64,000 nucleotides of DNA from NCBI GenBank assembly GCA_012295275.1, contig CM022665.1:19902001-19966000 (forward strand), in the 5' to 3' direction. Below the pieces are notes generated by a model, which did no database searches, was not told the origin of the DNA, and worked only from the letters and a program-made list of their open reading frames with translations. Positions 36,267 through 51,175 of this stretch are shown here, in pieces (within the stretch, counting starts at the first letter, position 1; the number at the start of each line of letters is the position of its first letter). The stretch is from Chrysomallon squamiferum (taxonomy: Eukaryota; Animalia; Mollusca). A program made the position numbers and the translations under genes.

Positions 36267-38497
36267 GTAACTATATATTCAACAGCTTTAAATTTTACAA
36301 ATTACTTTACAATGTATTAAACATAACTTCACAATTAATAGTTTTACTTTTTATAGTTAGTTTAGAAAGAATTAAATATGTTACTTTTAGCGTATTACTT
36401 TACATTTAGTCATTTAACATTTTAAAAATTACTAAAAAAGTAGAAAATATGTCAGATTTAAAGCATAATTTTATTTAAGTTTTGCATTTTACAAATGACT
36501 TTACAGGGAATTAAATATATTACTTTTAACATATTGCTTTACATTTAATAATTTAACATTTTGAAAATTATGAAATATATCAGATTTAAATCATAACTTC
36601 ACATTTAAGTTTCACATTTAATAGATGTAAGAACAATGGCATGTAATTGTTTGTTCACTACATATCTAGTTTTTAAATCTATTAAATGTAAAAGGTAAAA
36701 GTAAAGTTACGTTTTTAAAATTGATAATTATATTTTGCTGGTCTCTTTACCCTGAGTTTTAATGAACTTTTGAAATGTTTATGTTATCTTACTATTTAAC
36801 TTTATATTAATAATCTTCATACTGCCTGAATTCCATTTAGCCGATTTGCTTTCGTGCTTGGCATATTTAGAGAAAGTTTATTCACGATCTAAATCATATC
36901 TTACAAATATAAAACATATTTTAAAAACTGTGAAAATAATAACTTCAGCATACAAAAATACAGAAATTTTATACAGATAACAATTTCGTATGTAATAAAT
37001 TGTGTAGTGTTTATAGATAACGATTTTTGCCACAAACGCTTACGTGCAGACAAGAACTAGCATGGTGTATATGATAATTTTACATACAGTTATAGACAAG
37101 AAAGTATATAGTCTATAAAGATAATTTCATACAGACATCCATACGTACAGATAAGAAATTGATAGTGTATACAGATAATAATTTCATACACGTACACAAA
37201 CATGCGCGCGCACTTATAAACAAGAAATTGTTTATACAATTATTTTACATATTCATACATACATACAAAAAGACAAGAAACTGTGTAGTATATATACATA
37301 TATATATAATAATTTTATAGAAATATATATACATACAGACAATAAACTGTATTGCTTGTGCAGGTTTTATACGTAGACAGAAAATTGTTTTGTGTATATA
37401 GATAATAACTTTATACCTACATATGTACATACAGACTACAATAAACAGATAATGCTTTTACACACACATACGTATGCACAGACACAAAATGTATATAGCG
37501 TATATATATATAGTAATTTCACGCAAACGTGCACACACTCAGAAAAGAAATTACATAATACACTTAGATGGTAATTTCATACATATGAAGAAATTGTCCA
37601 TATAATAATTCAACACACACACACACACACACGGGCATACATACGTGTTTTTTTATATATATGAGAATGTTGTACGAGTTACGTCGACACAAAACAGGTT
37701 AATAACGAGGCTGTGTTTGCCATACCTCGCGCTGTGTCGATGACGACGGCAGATGTTTACCTCTCAGACTGTTTACAAATACGTTATTCTTCTTTACACA
37801 ATGTCAGATTGTGAAAAACTTTATTTCAAACGAGGCTTTTCCTTGAAAACATTCCCAAACCGAGAGAAATATAATTTCCATTTATGAAATGCACTGAGAT
37901 GTTGTGTGAGAAATGTCGTAGCATTTCCTGGTATGTCAGACGTCTCCGTTCACGTATGCGTGCGGCTACGTCGGCCACATTGTCATATATACGAAAACTA
38001 CGACATCGTCTTCTTATAACGCTCGTTGTCAACACAGATACAGCAAAGAATCAACAAAGAGATGTTTGTCGGCTGAGACAAGATTAAGGAAAAACAAAGC
38101 AGTGAAGTTTTAAACATGAGTTTTAACAATACACTTAGTTAATTTTATTTTATTTAAAACCTATTATTATTACTTCTTTATTTTTCTCCGTTTTGAATGA
38201 GTGAGTAAATATTTAATAATAAAAAAAGACAACACATCTGTTGTTGTGTTTATGTGATTAGTGAAATCTGTCATTTGCATGTATAAGAAATCTAATTGCT
38301 TTTAAACGTCTTTAACAAACCTGTTATTAGTGTATGTTCTCTTTATCTAGAAAACAAACAGCGGTTTTGTCAACATCGTCACTGCAGAACACAACACCAA
38401 CACTGGTTTCCTCTCTAGCTGTTTTTATCTCAGTCTTTGTGAAAAAGTTGAAAATACATATATACATACACACATACATAAGTATATATATATAGTC

Positions 38498-38528
<31 letters not shown>

Positions 38529-39084
38529 CATACACACATACACAGATACCCATATACGCACATACACCTACACACATACATATAGATACGTACATACATA
38601 AATACAACATCACATATACACATAATACACATATACACATACAAAACATATACATACATACAAACACAAATAAATACACACACACATAATTTTCAAACAA
38701 TAAAATATTAAGTTTACACAAACATCGTACAATAAACACTGATGATAAACACTGAAATAAAATTTGAAAATACTTTTAGTCTTCAGTAATAAAGTTATTT
38801 TTATGAACTGTTTTAAAACTTTTAGCTGAAACTGAAGTTTGTATATAAAAACATTTCTCAGATTATTTCATTTTTTATTTTCTGTCACTTTTTGGTTTAC
38901 TGTGATGGTGTTTGACATGTAGTTAGTTAAGCTTAGTGACTGGCCACTAGTAAATAGAGATAGTGACTAAAATTGGTTACTTCTGATTTGTGAAGAATAG
39001 TAGAAGTTAATAGTGATTGTTGTTGGGTGATGGGTGACGGGTGACAGGTGAATATCAGGATGTATTTAACGCAAGAGACTGGAG

Positions 39085-39330
39085 TCTTCTTCTTCCTTTC
39101 GTTCTCTTGTTGACTAAATGTCAAGGACAACAGTGACTATGAAAGATTCTGTTCTCTGTAGATCACTTCTTGTGCCATACAGCTTCTTCTGGAGAGTTGT
39201 TGTAGTTGTCCAGGTAGTCTGTCTCTGCTGCTGTAGGTTTATGCTGTTTTGGATGATACATCTGCTTCTCCATAGGAGATAACAGCTATTTGATGTGTGC
39301 TATTGTGGTCTGTTAGAATACGCAGTGCGG
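39085..39330 (-). mobile_element. 5'-truncated LINE 3' end (I/Ingi/Nimb-like)
   Basis: Decayed LTDHN..YGEAD, then QQQRQTTWTTTTTLQKKLYGTRSDLQRTESFIV..stop (39114-39116) and a short (GAA)n tail. Confidence 0.65.
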
Positions 39331-39924
39331 CCTAATACTTCTGACTTCAAGGTTTCTGTTAAGGTTACCTAACTTTAAGTCCATATCTGTCTAGCCTCTG
39401 CCCAATGACCAGTGCAGCATGTGTGCCCGTAACAGAAGCCAAAGCTGCTGCTGGCACTACTGTTTGGACCATCGAGACGTACAAACACCCTCACCACGAC
39501 AAGGAACGAACTATGAAGGGGACGTGAAGAAGTGATACTGAGTTTTGTTGTATCAGCTGTCAGAACTGATGACACAAAACATATTTCTCACTTTTCTTTA
39601 TATTTTCCAGGATTTCTTTTTCTCAGAAATCACAATTAAACAACATGTTTAAACACGCGAAGAAGTGATATTGCGTTGTATCCGTGGTCAGTCAGCTGAC
39701 ACAAAACATATTTGTCTCTTTTATTATTATTATCTTTCTTTCAATGATATCTTTTCCTCAGAAATAACAGTTAAACTACATATGTAAACACGTTAGGAAA
39801 TTAATAATTTTGCTGGTAAATAATATGAATATCTGTACAAAAGACTGAAACAAAGTTTGATAGATAGATAGACTGATAGATAGACAGATAGACTGATAGA
39901 TAGACTGATTGATAAATAGATAAT

Positions 39925-40675
39925 TAATACAAAGTTAACAGTTCTTTACTGATAGTTAATATAAACCCGTGCACAGTTAGTAATTTTACTGATAAATAGT
40001 TCACATAAACTTGTGTTTAAACTTAATAGTTTTACTGATAAATGGTTAATATAAACGTATACAAAGTTAATATTCTACTAATAAATAGTTAATATAAACA
40101 TGTATAAAGTTAATAGTTTCACTGATAAATAGTCAATATAGAGTTGTGTATAAATTTAATAGTTTCATAGATAAACACTTAATATAAACATCTGTACAAA
40201 GACAGTAGTTTCACCAATAAATAGTTAATATAAACATGTATAAAGTTAATAGTTTTACTGATAAATAGTTAATATAGACTTGTGTATAAAATTAATAGGT
40301 TTACTGATAAATAGTTAATATAAACATGTATAAAGTTAATAGTTTTACTGATAAATAGTTAATACAAACATCTGCACAAAGATAATAGTTAATATAAATA
40401 GGTAATACTGATAAATAGTTAATATAAACATCTGTACAAAGTTACTACTTTCACTGATAAATAGTTAATATAAACATCTGTACAAAGTTAATAGGTTTAC
40501 TGATAAATAGTTAATATAAACATCTGTACAAAGTTATTACTTTCACTGATAAATAGTTAATATAAACATCTGTACAAAGTTACTACTTTCACTGATAAAT
40601 AGTTAATATAAACACCTGTACAAAGTTAATAGTTTTACTGATAAATAGTTAATGTAAACTTGTGTTTAAAGTTAA
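39925..40675. repeat. 42-44-bp minisatellite
   Basis: About 17 copies of actgataaatagttaatataaacatctgtacaaagttaatagttt. Confidence 0.92.
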
Positions 40676-40881
40676 TGACAAATAATTGATGTTGCTCAGT
40701 TGTTTGATGTTGTCATTGCTACCACACTACAGTTTATTCAGAACAAATGTCCAGAGAGTGCGTTGTGGACGCTGTTGTCTGCAGTCACCGATGTTCAGTG
40801 TTTGCTGCTCGGTAACAGTTGAGGGGGGAGTAGATGGACAGGTAACACAGACTGTTACGTGCGCATACGGAGAAAATGACG

Positions 40882-40921
<40 letters not shown>

Positions 40922-41014
40922 TTCTGAGTATATAAAATAGAACGAAATTTACATGAAACTATTCAGCACTCATTTAATTTAGACATTTTTTAATTTACTT
41001 TTTTTTTTTTTACC

Positions 41015-41485
41015 TACTTAGTGATTTATTATTTATATAGTGATTTTCTACTTAGTGACTTATTTTTTTTTTAGTGTTTTATTATTTATTTAGTGATTTT
41101 TTATTTAGTAATTTATTATTTTTAGTGTTTTATTATTTACTTAGTGATTTTGTATTTAGTGATTTATTATTTTGTAGTGTTTTATTATTTACTTACTGAA
41201 TTATTATTTACTGACTTAGTGATTCGTTATTTGTTTTCTGTTTTACTATCCAGCGATTTATTGTTTATGATTTATTAATTACTTGGTAATTTGTTTTTTG
41301 CTTAGTGATTTATTATTTATTTATTTATTTAACGATTTTGTATTTATATAGTGATTTTTTACTTAGAAATTTATTATTTACTTAGTGACTTATTCTTTAC
41401 TTGCTTAGTCATTAATTTTTATTTTTTAATTTATTTAGTGATTCATTATTAACATTGTAATTTATTATTTACTTAGTGATTAATA
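41015..41485. repeat. ~20-bp minisatellite
   Basis: ttacttagtgatttattatt units. Confidence 0.8.
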
Positions 41486-42597
41486 TTTTGTCCCTAATTT
41501 ATCATTTATCTCACAATGATCCATTCCTACTTGTGTAAATAACACAGCCTGGTTTCAGAACAGAAAAAAGAAAGTACGTTTAAGAAAGAAAACAACTTTA
41601 ATTGAATAATTAAGCGTGGGAAAGCAGAAATTTATCAGCAACTTGCTAAACTCTTCATTCAATAGAATCGTGATCGTCCGTGGGATGTACTATTTCGTCA
41701 AGACTCCAAGATGTCACGAGATGTCACGAAATGTCACGAACTAGAGACCACCTTAGTATTATAATTTTACTCCTTCTCAGATCTGTTAATAAAAACTATA
41801 ATAAAAATTAACTCGGTAAGACTGATATGGGGATGAAATAACGAAAAAGAAAAATAGTCTGGTTTATAATTAATTATCTTGTTTTCTTAATATTTCTTGA
41901 AAAACAGGCAAGTTAAATTCTAATATATACAATAGTTACGTAACCATAGGTTAGAAAAAAAAAAAAAAAAAAAAAAAAATGAAAGAAAAAAAAACAACAA
42001 CAAACAAAACTACAAAAACAACAACCAAACAAACAATGATGATAATGATGATATTGTTGACGATGATGATAATAAATAAATAACTAAATGAATGAATAAA
42101 TAAACAAACTACTCAAACTTGGATTTGGTAATATTCGTACAAATACAGTGATGATGGCAACATTTACGTCATGTATATATATACACACCATTTTCTTTAT
42201 ACTTCACAGGGATGTCATTTCATTCGTTCGTACCTTTGTTTGTTCCTTTTCCATTCAATTAATCATAGTCACATGAAAGGATCACTTTTTTGTACGTGAA
42301 TGAAATATAAAAATATTTTATGATTTTGATCAGAGATTTTCACATTAAATTTCGTGACAAAGAAAAAAGTCATCCTATTTTAATTTTGTTGTCGAAACAC
42401 AGATAATATTTATTTTATTATATAATCAAACAACAACAGTGATATAATATGAACGATGACAATGATGATGTAAAACTGAACAAATCCGTTAAAACTAATA
42501 AATGAAACCTCAGTTATTACACATACAAATAAAGCTAACATTTAATATTTCAGTAACATACATTGTAAACAGTACGTTGTGGAAATAAACGTTTCTA

Positions 42598-42601
<4 letters not shown>

Positions 42602-42676
<75 letters not shown>
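42602..42676. repeat. (CT)n microsatellite
   Basis: Perfect dinucleotide run. Confidence 0.95.
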
Positions 42677-42680
<4 letters not shown>

Positions 42681-42879
42681 GAATGTCCATCTGTGTATAA
42701 GTCTAACTATATATAATAAATATAAATTTAACAAATATAATAATTAGGATGATTTACTTTCATCAGTTTATTCAGTAAAGCTTTATCGTTATTAAATAAT
42801 ATGTTTCTTTTTAAAAATACAAAATTCTACTTCTTTACTGAAACGAAGTTTGATGTATTCATTTAACGTTATTATTTTA

Positions 42880-43470
42880 TTTAAACTGTGTTGAATTCAC
42901 AGACAAATAGCTTTATTAAGCTATTAATTATTTTAAATTTACAAATACGTGTTTGTTAAACTTTTTGTTGTTAATAAATATTTTAATTTCACATACAAAT
43001 AAACAATGCTATTATATAAATTCACACTCAAATATATTTATTAAGCTGTTGTTTTTAATACTATTTTAAATTCACGCAAAATTTTATTAATTAAACTGTG
43101 TTATTAGTAACAGTTATTTTAAATTCACATACAAGTATATTAATTAAACTATGTTATTATTAAGAACTATTTTACATTAATACACAAATATACTTATTAA
43201 AATGGTTAATTTTTGCAGTTAATTTATATTCACATTGAAATATATTTATTAAACCATATTATTATGAACAGTTACTTTAAATTCACACACAAAAATAAAC
43301 TGTACTATTTTTGAAATTCACACACAGATGTACTTATTAAGCTGTCATTATTAATGATTATCTTAAATTCACGCATAAATAAGCTGTGATATTATCAACG
43401 GGGAATTTTAAGTTCTCACACAAATAAGCTATTTTATTTTTCAAATTCACACACAAATATGTTTATTTTT
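42880..43470. repeat. ~48-bp degenerate minisatellite
   Basis: ttttaaattcacacacaaata..ttattaa(a/g)ctgt units. Confidence 0.75.
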
Positions 43471-44029
43471 ACGAGTAATCTATTTCTGAGACTCACGGTT
43501 TACAAAGTTTACAAATTATTTTTTCTCGTAATTCGCTCCCAAACAAGCGCTGTTTGGTTTAGAGTAAAGAACTTGATCTTGAAGTCAAGTTGGCCCCCAC
43601 CTCCACTTCTCACCTGAAGTCTGCGTGTTACCTGTACAGATTACAGAACGTGCTGTGCAGATACCTGGAGACCAGGTGACAATCTGAACACAAACACAGC
43701 ATGATGAGAGAGTTTCTTAACTAAACATCACGTGACCAAACACGTCGTAAACCTAATTATACGCTCACAAATATTGTTTATAAATGTCACTTTATATCCG
43801 TTGAATTAAACGAGAGTTAAAATCTAATGATAATGTTTCTTACACTGTATTTATGTAATTCTATAATCAATGATATCCTACAAAACAATACCCTTTTATT
43901 CTGTTAGCACGTAAAACACCATCTCTGTTTGTTGTTTTCTTGTAAACAAAATTACTAAAGAGGAACGTAGAAAATTATTCTACATTTAAAGTCTATGCAA
44001 CTACTATTTCCAAAAAATGGTAATAGATA

Positions 44030-44430
44030 AACATAATATTATATGTTACAAATAACATATTTCAAATTTTGTAATTTGCTAAACTTTGTATAAATAATAT
44101 TATATTTTAGAAATGAAATATATAAATGTTTACGGTGTTGTGTAGTTTACGTGAACAATATTTGTATGTTATATAACGTATTAAATTTTTATAATTTAAT
44201 AAACTATGCGAATATTACTGTGTATTACAAATAACGTATCAAATTTTTACAGTTTAGTATTTTTGTGTGAATAATATTATTTACGTTTTCGAAATAACGT
44301 ATTAAATTTTAGAATTTATTATACTTTATGTGAATATATTATTATCTTTTACTATAACATTTTAAATTTTGTAATTTAGTAAACTATATAAATAATATTA
44401 CTCTGTTTTGTAATTTGGTAAAATGAATGT
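44030..44430. repeat. ~57-bp degenerate minisatellite
   Basis: aataacgtattaaatttt..aatttagtaaact..gaataatatta units. Confidence 0.7.
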
Positions 44431-45031
44431 GAATATTTAATATATAATTAATAGAAATATGCACTTAAAAAAAGTTAAATCGGGTATTTTCCGAATACCA
44501 AATGGCAGAAAGCTTCTTCTTCTTTTTTAATAACCCATTTTTAACGGCAACCCTAGCGAATTTAAAATATGATGAGAAAGAAAAATAAATTAGTCTTTTA
44601 TTATTATTTTTTTTATTTGATCTCTATGATTTGCGATTTAACTTCCGATACTATTGGTGAAATTTTATATGCCTAAAAGATTTAAATAAATAAAACAAAA
44701 TATAATAAACAAATAAATAAATAAATAAATAAATAAGTAAAAGTATTTTTGTTGTTTTTTTTTCATGAAAAAATGCATCAATATCAAAATAAAGCCAACA
44801 AATCTCTTTATTTATAAGAAGTCCGCGCGTGCTTCCTTTATTTTCTGGGATAAGACACATAAATTTATTACAGTTTACATCTTTAGTTTCACAAGTCCGT
44901 GCATGCTAATACTGAAACGTTTTTAATGCAAAGGAAAATATAACAAGTACAGCAAAAAAATAACAAACAAAAAAACCCAAACATTTACAGGCCATTTTTG
45001 TCTATATATTTTAATTAGTATTATTATTATT

Positions 45032-45033
<2 letters not shown>

Positions 45034-45111
<78 letters not shown>

Positions 45112-45317
45112 ACACTCACACACACACGCACATTCAAAAACTACAAACCTGTACTACTACTAACGTTTCTACTATTACTGCGACTTCTGCTACTACTCCA
45201 CCACCACCACTAGTAATATTGCTGCTGCTACTTCTATTACTACTACTACTACTACTACTAGTACTTCTGCTACTATTACTACTACTACTGCTTCTACTAC
45301 TATTACTACTGCTACTG

Positions 45318-45349
<32 letters not shown>

Positions 45350-45624
45350 GCTACTACCATTATTACTACTACTACTTTACTAGTACTACTGCTACTATTA
45401 CTACTACTACCACTACCACTGCCACTGCTACTGTTACTACTACTGCCACTACTACTACTATTATTACTACTACTACTATTATTACTACTACTACTACAAC
45501 CACCACTGCTACTACCACTGCTACTACTACCACTGTTACTTCTATTATTGCTACTACTACTACTACTACTAATGCTACTACCATTGCTACCACTGCTACT
45601 ACCATTGCTACTACACCACCACTG

Positions 45625-45656
<32 letters not shown>

Positions 45657-46036
45657 GGTACTTCTGCTACTATTACTACTACTACTACTACTACTGCTAC
45701 TACTACTGTCACTACTACTGCTACTACTACTACTATTACTACTACTACTACCACTGCTACTACTACTACTACTACTACTGCTACTACTATTATTACTACT
45801 GCTGCTACTACTATTGCTACTACTACCACTGCTACTACTACTACTACTACTACTACTAGTACTTCTGCTACTATTACTACTACTACTACTACTACTGCTA
45901 CTGTTACTACTACTGCTACTACTACTACTATTACTACTACTATTGCTACTACTGCTACTACTACTGCTACTACTACTGTTACTACTATTACTGCTACTAC
46001 TACTGCTACTACTACTACTACTACTGTTACTACTAT

Positions 46037-46070
<34 letters not shown>

Positions 46071-46092
46071 GCAACTGCTACTACTACTATTG
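45034..46092. repeat. (AC)n followed by a ~940-bp (TAC/TGC)n tract
   Basis: Simple repeats; source of the poly-S/V/L/Y ORFs. Confidence 0.95.
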
Positions 46093-47636
46093 TAGACACA
46101 TTTATTATATACTAGATTATTCGTTATTTTTCTTTGGACAGACATTCTTCTATTTGACTCGAAATATTTTTAAATATATAAAAAATAATGCATTACTGTT
46201 ATGCATCTTATATATTTTTAAATAAATATAATTAATTTAAACAAAATGTTTACGTTGTCATGTATATATAAAAACACTCTGGATATATCATCAGATAAAG
46301 TTAATTTCCTCATGTACTATCATAATCAGCGTTTTGAAGTGTTTCCATGTAATAGCTGTCATTTTTCACAATGTATTTTAGATAGGTCCCTTTACGAGAC
46401 TTGAACTCACAATCTGTACAGTGCACATTTCTTCTAAAATCTAAGATTTACCTCCCTCTCATCATTTAGAAATAAATAAGGTTGACTGCTCTAATGTAGG
46501 AAAATCTGCACAAAAATCCTACAAAGACTAAGTCATAGGCATGCTCGCTTCTGCTGCTGCTTATTACTTCTACTACTGTTACTGCTATTAGTGTTACTAC
46601 TGCTACCACCACTACAAGTAATACGACTGTTGAGACTCTGCTACTTCTAGTACTTCAACAACTGCAATTATTATTACTACTACTACCACTATCAGTATTA
46701 CTACTATAGTACTAGTACTATTACAGCTGCTACTGCTGTTACTGCTAACAATTACAACTACTGCTACTGTTGTCACTAATAGTAGTAGTAATAGTAATAC
46801 ATTTTAAAATTATGAATGACGTGTCAAATTTATTTACGCAGCGATGTGATTATAAATACTGTCCATATCATTCACGTTTCCTGTTTTTTACTTAGTATTT
46901 TTTTTATTAGACTGTAATATGAGAAAACAACAACAAAACCACAAAATCAACACCCACTAAAAAAAAAACCCAACACCCCCAAAACAACAACAACAAAAAA
47001 CAATAACAAAAAAAACCCCAACCCCCCCAATTTTTTTTTAAATAAAACACAAAAAACAACAACAACAAAACAACAACAACAACAGCAACCCCCCCCCAAA
47101 AAAAACCCCAAAAAACAAGTGCGAACCGGCACAAGTCTCATACGATTTCATTATATATTAACTGTTAATAAATATTTATAACATGATCAGCCTCAAGAAA
47201 CTTAATTTTTGAAGATATCCATAGTTACAACTGTAACTAAAATAAACACAAATGACGTAATAAATAATAAAATATCACTGACAATATTCCAATTATGTGT
47301 TGCTAAGCTATATATGAATATTAATTAAAATGAAAAACCAGTATAAACAGTTCGCTACTCAAGTATTGCAGGTGCGCTCGTTAAGAAGGTGGAAATTACG
47401 TTGTGAGTTATTTATTGCATGTTACGAGTAGTAATAAAAATATACAAATGATTTATATACACGCACGTGGCCACATCTGTGTGTTGACTTGTAAAAACAG
47501 AGTTGCACCAATGTTTGTCTGTGTGCGCATCGAAATTATTAGTGTTTGTTTATGTGTATTTTTTATGTGCAGGAGTTATCATGGTGTAATTACCTACTTC
47601 AAACATCGCTGTTTTATAGTCATTAAGGTAGAATAC

Positions 47637-47690
<54 letters not shown>

Positions 47691-50148
47691 AAATAATACA
47701 ATTACTATGAATTAAAAGGATGAAAGCAAAACTATTTTTGTTTTGAGTTGTCTATTTTATTTTACTATTATTATTCTTTTTTTATCTAGAAAAGTATTAA
47801 AATGGCGTTATAATTATTTTTTATTCTTATTTTATTTTATTTTATTTAAATTAAATCACGGTCTATGTAGAGTGCTTGAATTTGTTACGGGAGACAACTT
47901 CTCTGACCTTATCATGAGGCATGGTTACTGTTCTTGGTCAGTAATCGTTTTATTTAGAGCATAATTGTAAAGGGGAAAATAATATTATAACTTATGAGTT
48001 ATAAAATAATTATCTGATCAAAAAATATCTTTGGTTTCATTTGTAATTTCTTCAGAATTTATGAGTGATAAAAAGTTTTGATATTAACAGAGAACATGAT
48101 AGTAAAATATTCCAGTGCGGCGAGGAGAAAAAAAATAAAAATAAAAAAATAAAAATAAAAAATAAAAAATGAAAATGAAGATCAAGTGTTTTGGAAGCTG
48201 TTATTTAAACTGAATGACAAATATGGACATATGAAGCCATCCGACCGTTTCCGTGAATCCTCGTATCTGATTTCGTGTTTTCTCGACTTCAAGGTTCTCA
48301 CAAAGCTATCACATAACGCTAATCGTGTCCTAGGTGCTTTCCGGAAGATTATTAAGATGCAGAAGCTTTCTTTGATAATTGCACTTGTAGAAGTTGGTAA
48401 ATAATCCACGTTGAAGCGATTAGCGACGAAACAAAACTCGCTGATTTTATAACACTGTTGTACAGTTATCACGTCATAATACCGTACTACGTCACACTTT
48501 GGTTAACATGACAGTGTAAAATAAAACATCACAATAGAAATTATAACAACATCAGTTATCATACCATAGTAAACATCAGTATATTTATTCATGACATCAC
48601 AATATACATTACACCATAATTACAAATTATATCATAAATTATAAATAATTATGTAACTATAAATTATATAACATCATTATATACACTGTTTTACACACAC
48701 ACACGTTATCACTTATAAAAAATTAATATAATATTTAACATTAATATTGATACATGTTAAGAATATCAGTGAGGTAAGTAACATTAGAAATGCGAAGATC
48801 GTTTCAGCGACACGTGTGTTGTGTTTGAACAGGATAAATAAAACTAGTAACGTGAATCAGTCACAGAGCTGCAGGTATCTCTCAGAGAAGTCATTTAGAA
48901 ATCACTTAAATAGTTTTAGTAATTATTGTAGCTGCCAAACTGAATGTTATAAATATTCTAACTGTAGTACTAGATGTGAATAACAGCCAAGATAACCGTA
49001 GGAATAGATAGATCATATATAACGTGTACTTTGTAAAACAAAAAACCCCAAACAATTCAGTATAAAATATCGTGTCAAACAAATAAATACATTACAATAT
49101 AAAATGTTGTGTAAAACAAACAGGTACTCTATCATCTCAGTGTGCGTAACGACGATATTTTAAATAATGTACAACGACGACAACAACGTATGTATGCCTA
49201 TTATAAAATGGTAACTGAAGACGTGAAACACGATGCTGCCGTCGTGGTTAAACTAACAATCCAACAAACGTGAACGTGGTAAAATGAGACCACGACGACT
49301 ACAAATGGTGTTATTATTAATAATTTTTACAAGCGCAATCAATAGTAGATTTTGTCTCTTACCACCTTGCTGTTTGCCGACGTCGTAATTAAGAACGCCG
49401 TCCGTGCAGTGACGTCGTCAACGCAGGCTTTAAGTTTCAGATTCTCTTCACTGTTGTGTGGGTGAGTGCATGACGTTCCTATGACAACCGTGAGAGCGCG
49501 TCAGATGAAAAATAGAGATTCTGTATTGTTCCCTATAAAGTATAGTCACTTAAATAAATTACTGTAATAGTATTTAAATATGTGTTATTGTATGCGTTAC
49601 ACACACACACACACGCACGCACGCACGCATATATATATATTATATATATATATTTCCAGTGTTTCTCCATTTTTATTTTATACAGCTAATGAAAAAATAA
49701 AATTTTCCAAATTATATTTTTAGAAATTTCAAATTTGAAACCGAAATCACTGTAGAAAATTAAAATATAACATTTCGTGTAAATTAAAGATTTTCATAAT
49801 AATTGTTCAGACATCATTTTTTAAATTACTTTTTTAATAAAATATTTTATTTTGTTTTATTTTATTTTATTTTATTTTATTTTATTTTATTTTATTTTAT
49901 TTTATTTTTTATTTTATTTTATATTATTTTATTTTATTTTATTTTATTTTATTTTCATTTAAATGAAATTTAAAATTTACATCACATTAACAAAGATATT
50001 TATTAAATTGCTTTGTAAACAGTGACTTGCTTGTTAAAGTTGTTTTACGAGGAAGACGTGGGTTAAGACGTATCATGGGGAAATATTGGCAGTTTTCTCA
50101 GTGACAAGGTTAAGTCATAGAGGCGATCCAATATTGTGAGAGAGAAAG

Positions 50149-50266
<118 letters not shown>

Positions 50267-50418
50267 TACAGTTAATAAAAATAATAAATAAAAGAAAGAA
50301 CTGTATCTGAAGATGTGTGTGTTTGTGTATGTGGGGGTGTGTATGTATGTCTTTATGGTGTGTAATGTGTTATGTCTTTGTTTATACGTGTATGTGAGTA
50401 TGCATATTATATATGTGA

Positions 50419-50459
<41 letters not shown>

Positions 50460-50927
50460 TGGATGTTCCCTCTATATCAGGGCTTAATTCAAATGTTTTC
50501 ATGGTGTGTTTAAATAATTTCTAGCCATTCACAAAGTCTGTGTAGACTTTTTACAGTGGCTTATTGATTTCTGTGAAGTTTTTATGTGAATTGGCAACAT
50601 TTAGTATTTACCAGGGGAACGTCCGTCTCTCTGTGTGTACCGTACAAACTATCCCACTCACTCAAAGTCGATATTTAAAACACAAGTTCTAATTTGAAAG
50701 AATTTGAGATATTTAAAAACACACATCTACATTCTCACTCGACGTTTCTCAATGAACGGTTCATGGGAAAACTGCAGTGTACAAGGTTACTGCCAAACTG
50801 GATTACTGGTGCATTACATTAATAACTCTATCTGAAATTAAAATTTTCGTTTTATATAAATCTATTAATAACTAAATACATATTTATATCTGTAACGTAA
50901 TATTTTCATGAACATTGAAATAATACA

Positions 50928-50963
<36 letters not shown>

Positions 50964-51139
50964 TATATATATGCAAACAAACACACACCAATTAGAATAA
51001 AACATATATTTTACAAATATTATAATTTTAATTAAAATAAGTAAGCTATGTTTAAAATAAAGAATTCTATTCACAAAGGTATTTTAAAATACTATTTTTA
51101 TTTATCATATTAATCCGATAAAATTTCTGAAAACCAAAG

Positions 51140-51175
<36 letters not shown>

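Noticed and set aside
39925-40675. Regularly spaced repeats resembling a CRISPR array (also 60800-61350)
   Set aside because: Head-to-tail units with no unique spacers, no cas genes and a eukaryotic context: minisatellites.
45372-46145. Poly-Ser/Val/Leu/Tyr ORFs up to 257 aa (also 25376-25949 and 52043-52439)
   Set aside because: Translations of trinucleotide microsatellites, open in several frames and on both strands, with no splice context.
46385-46430. tRNA T-arm-like GTGAGTTCAAGTCTCG on the minus strand
   Set aside because: No A-box, D-arm or acceptor stem; at most a SINE remnant.
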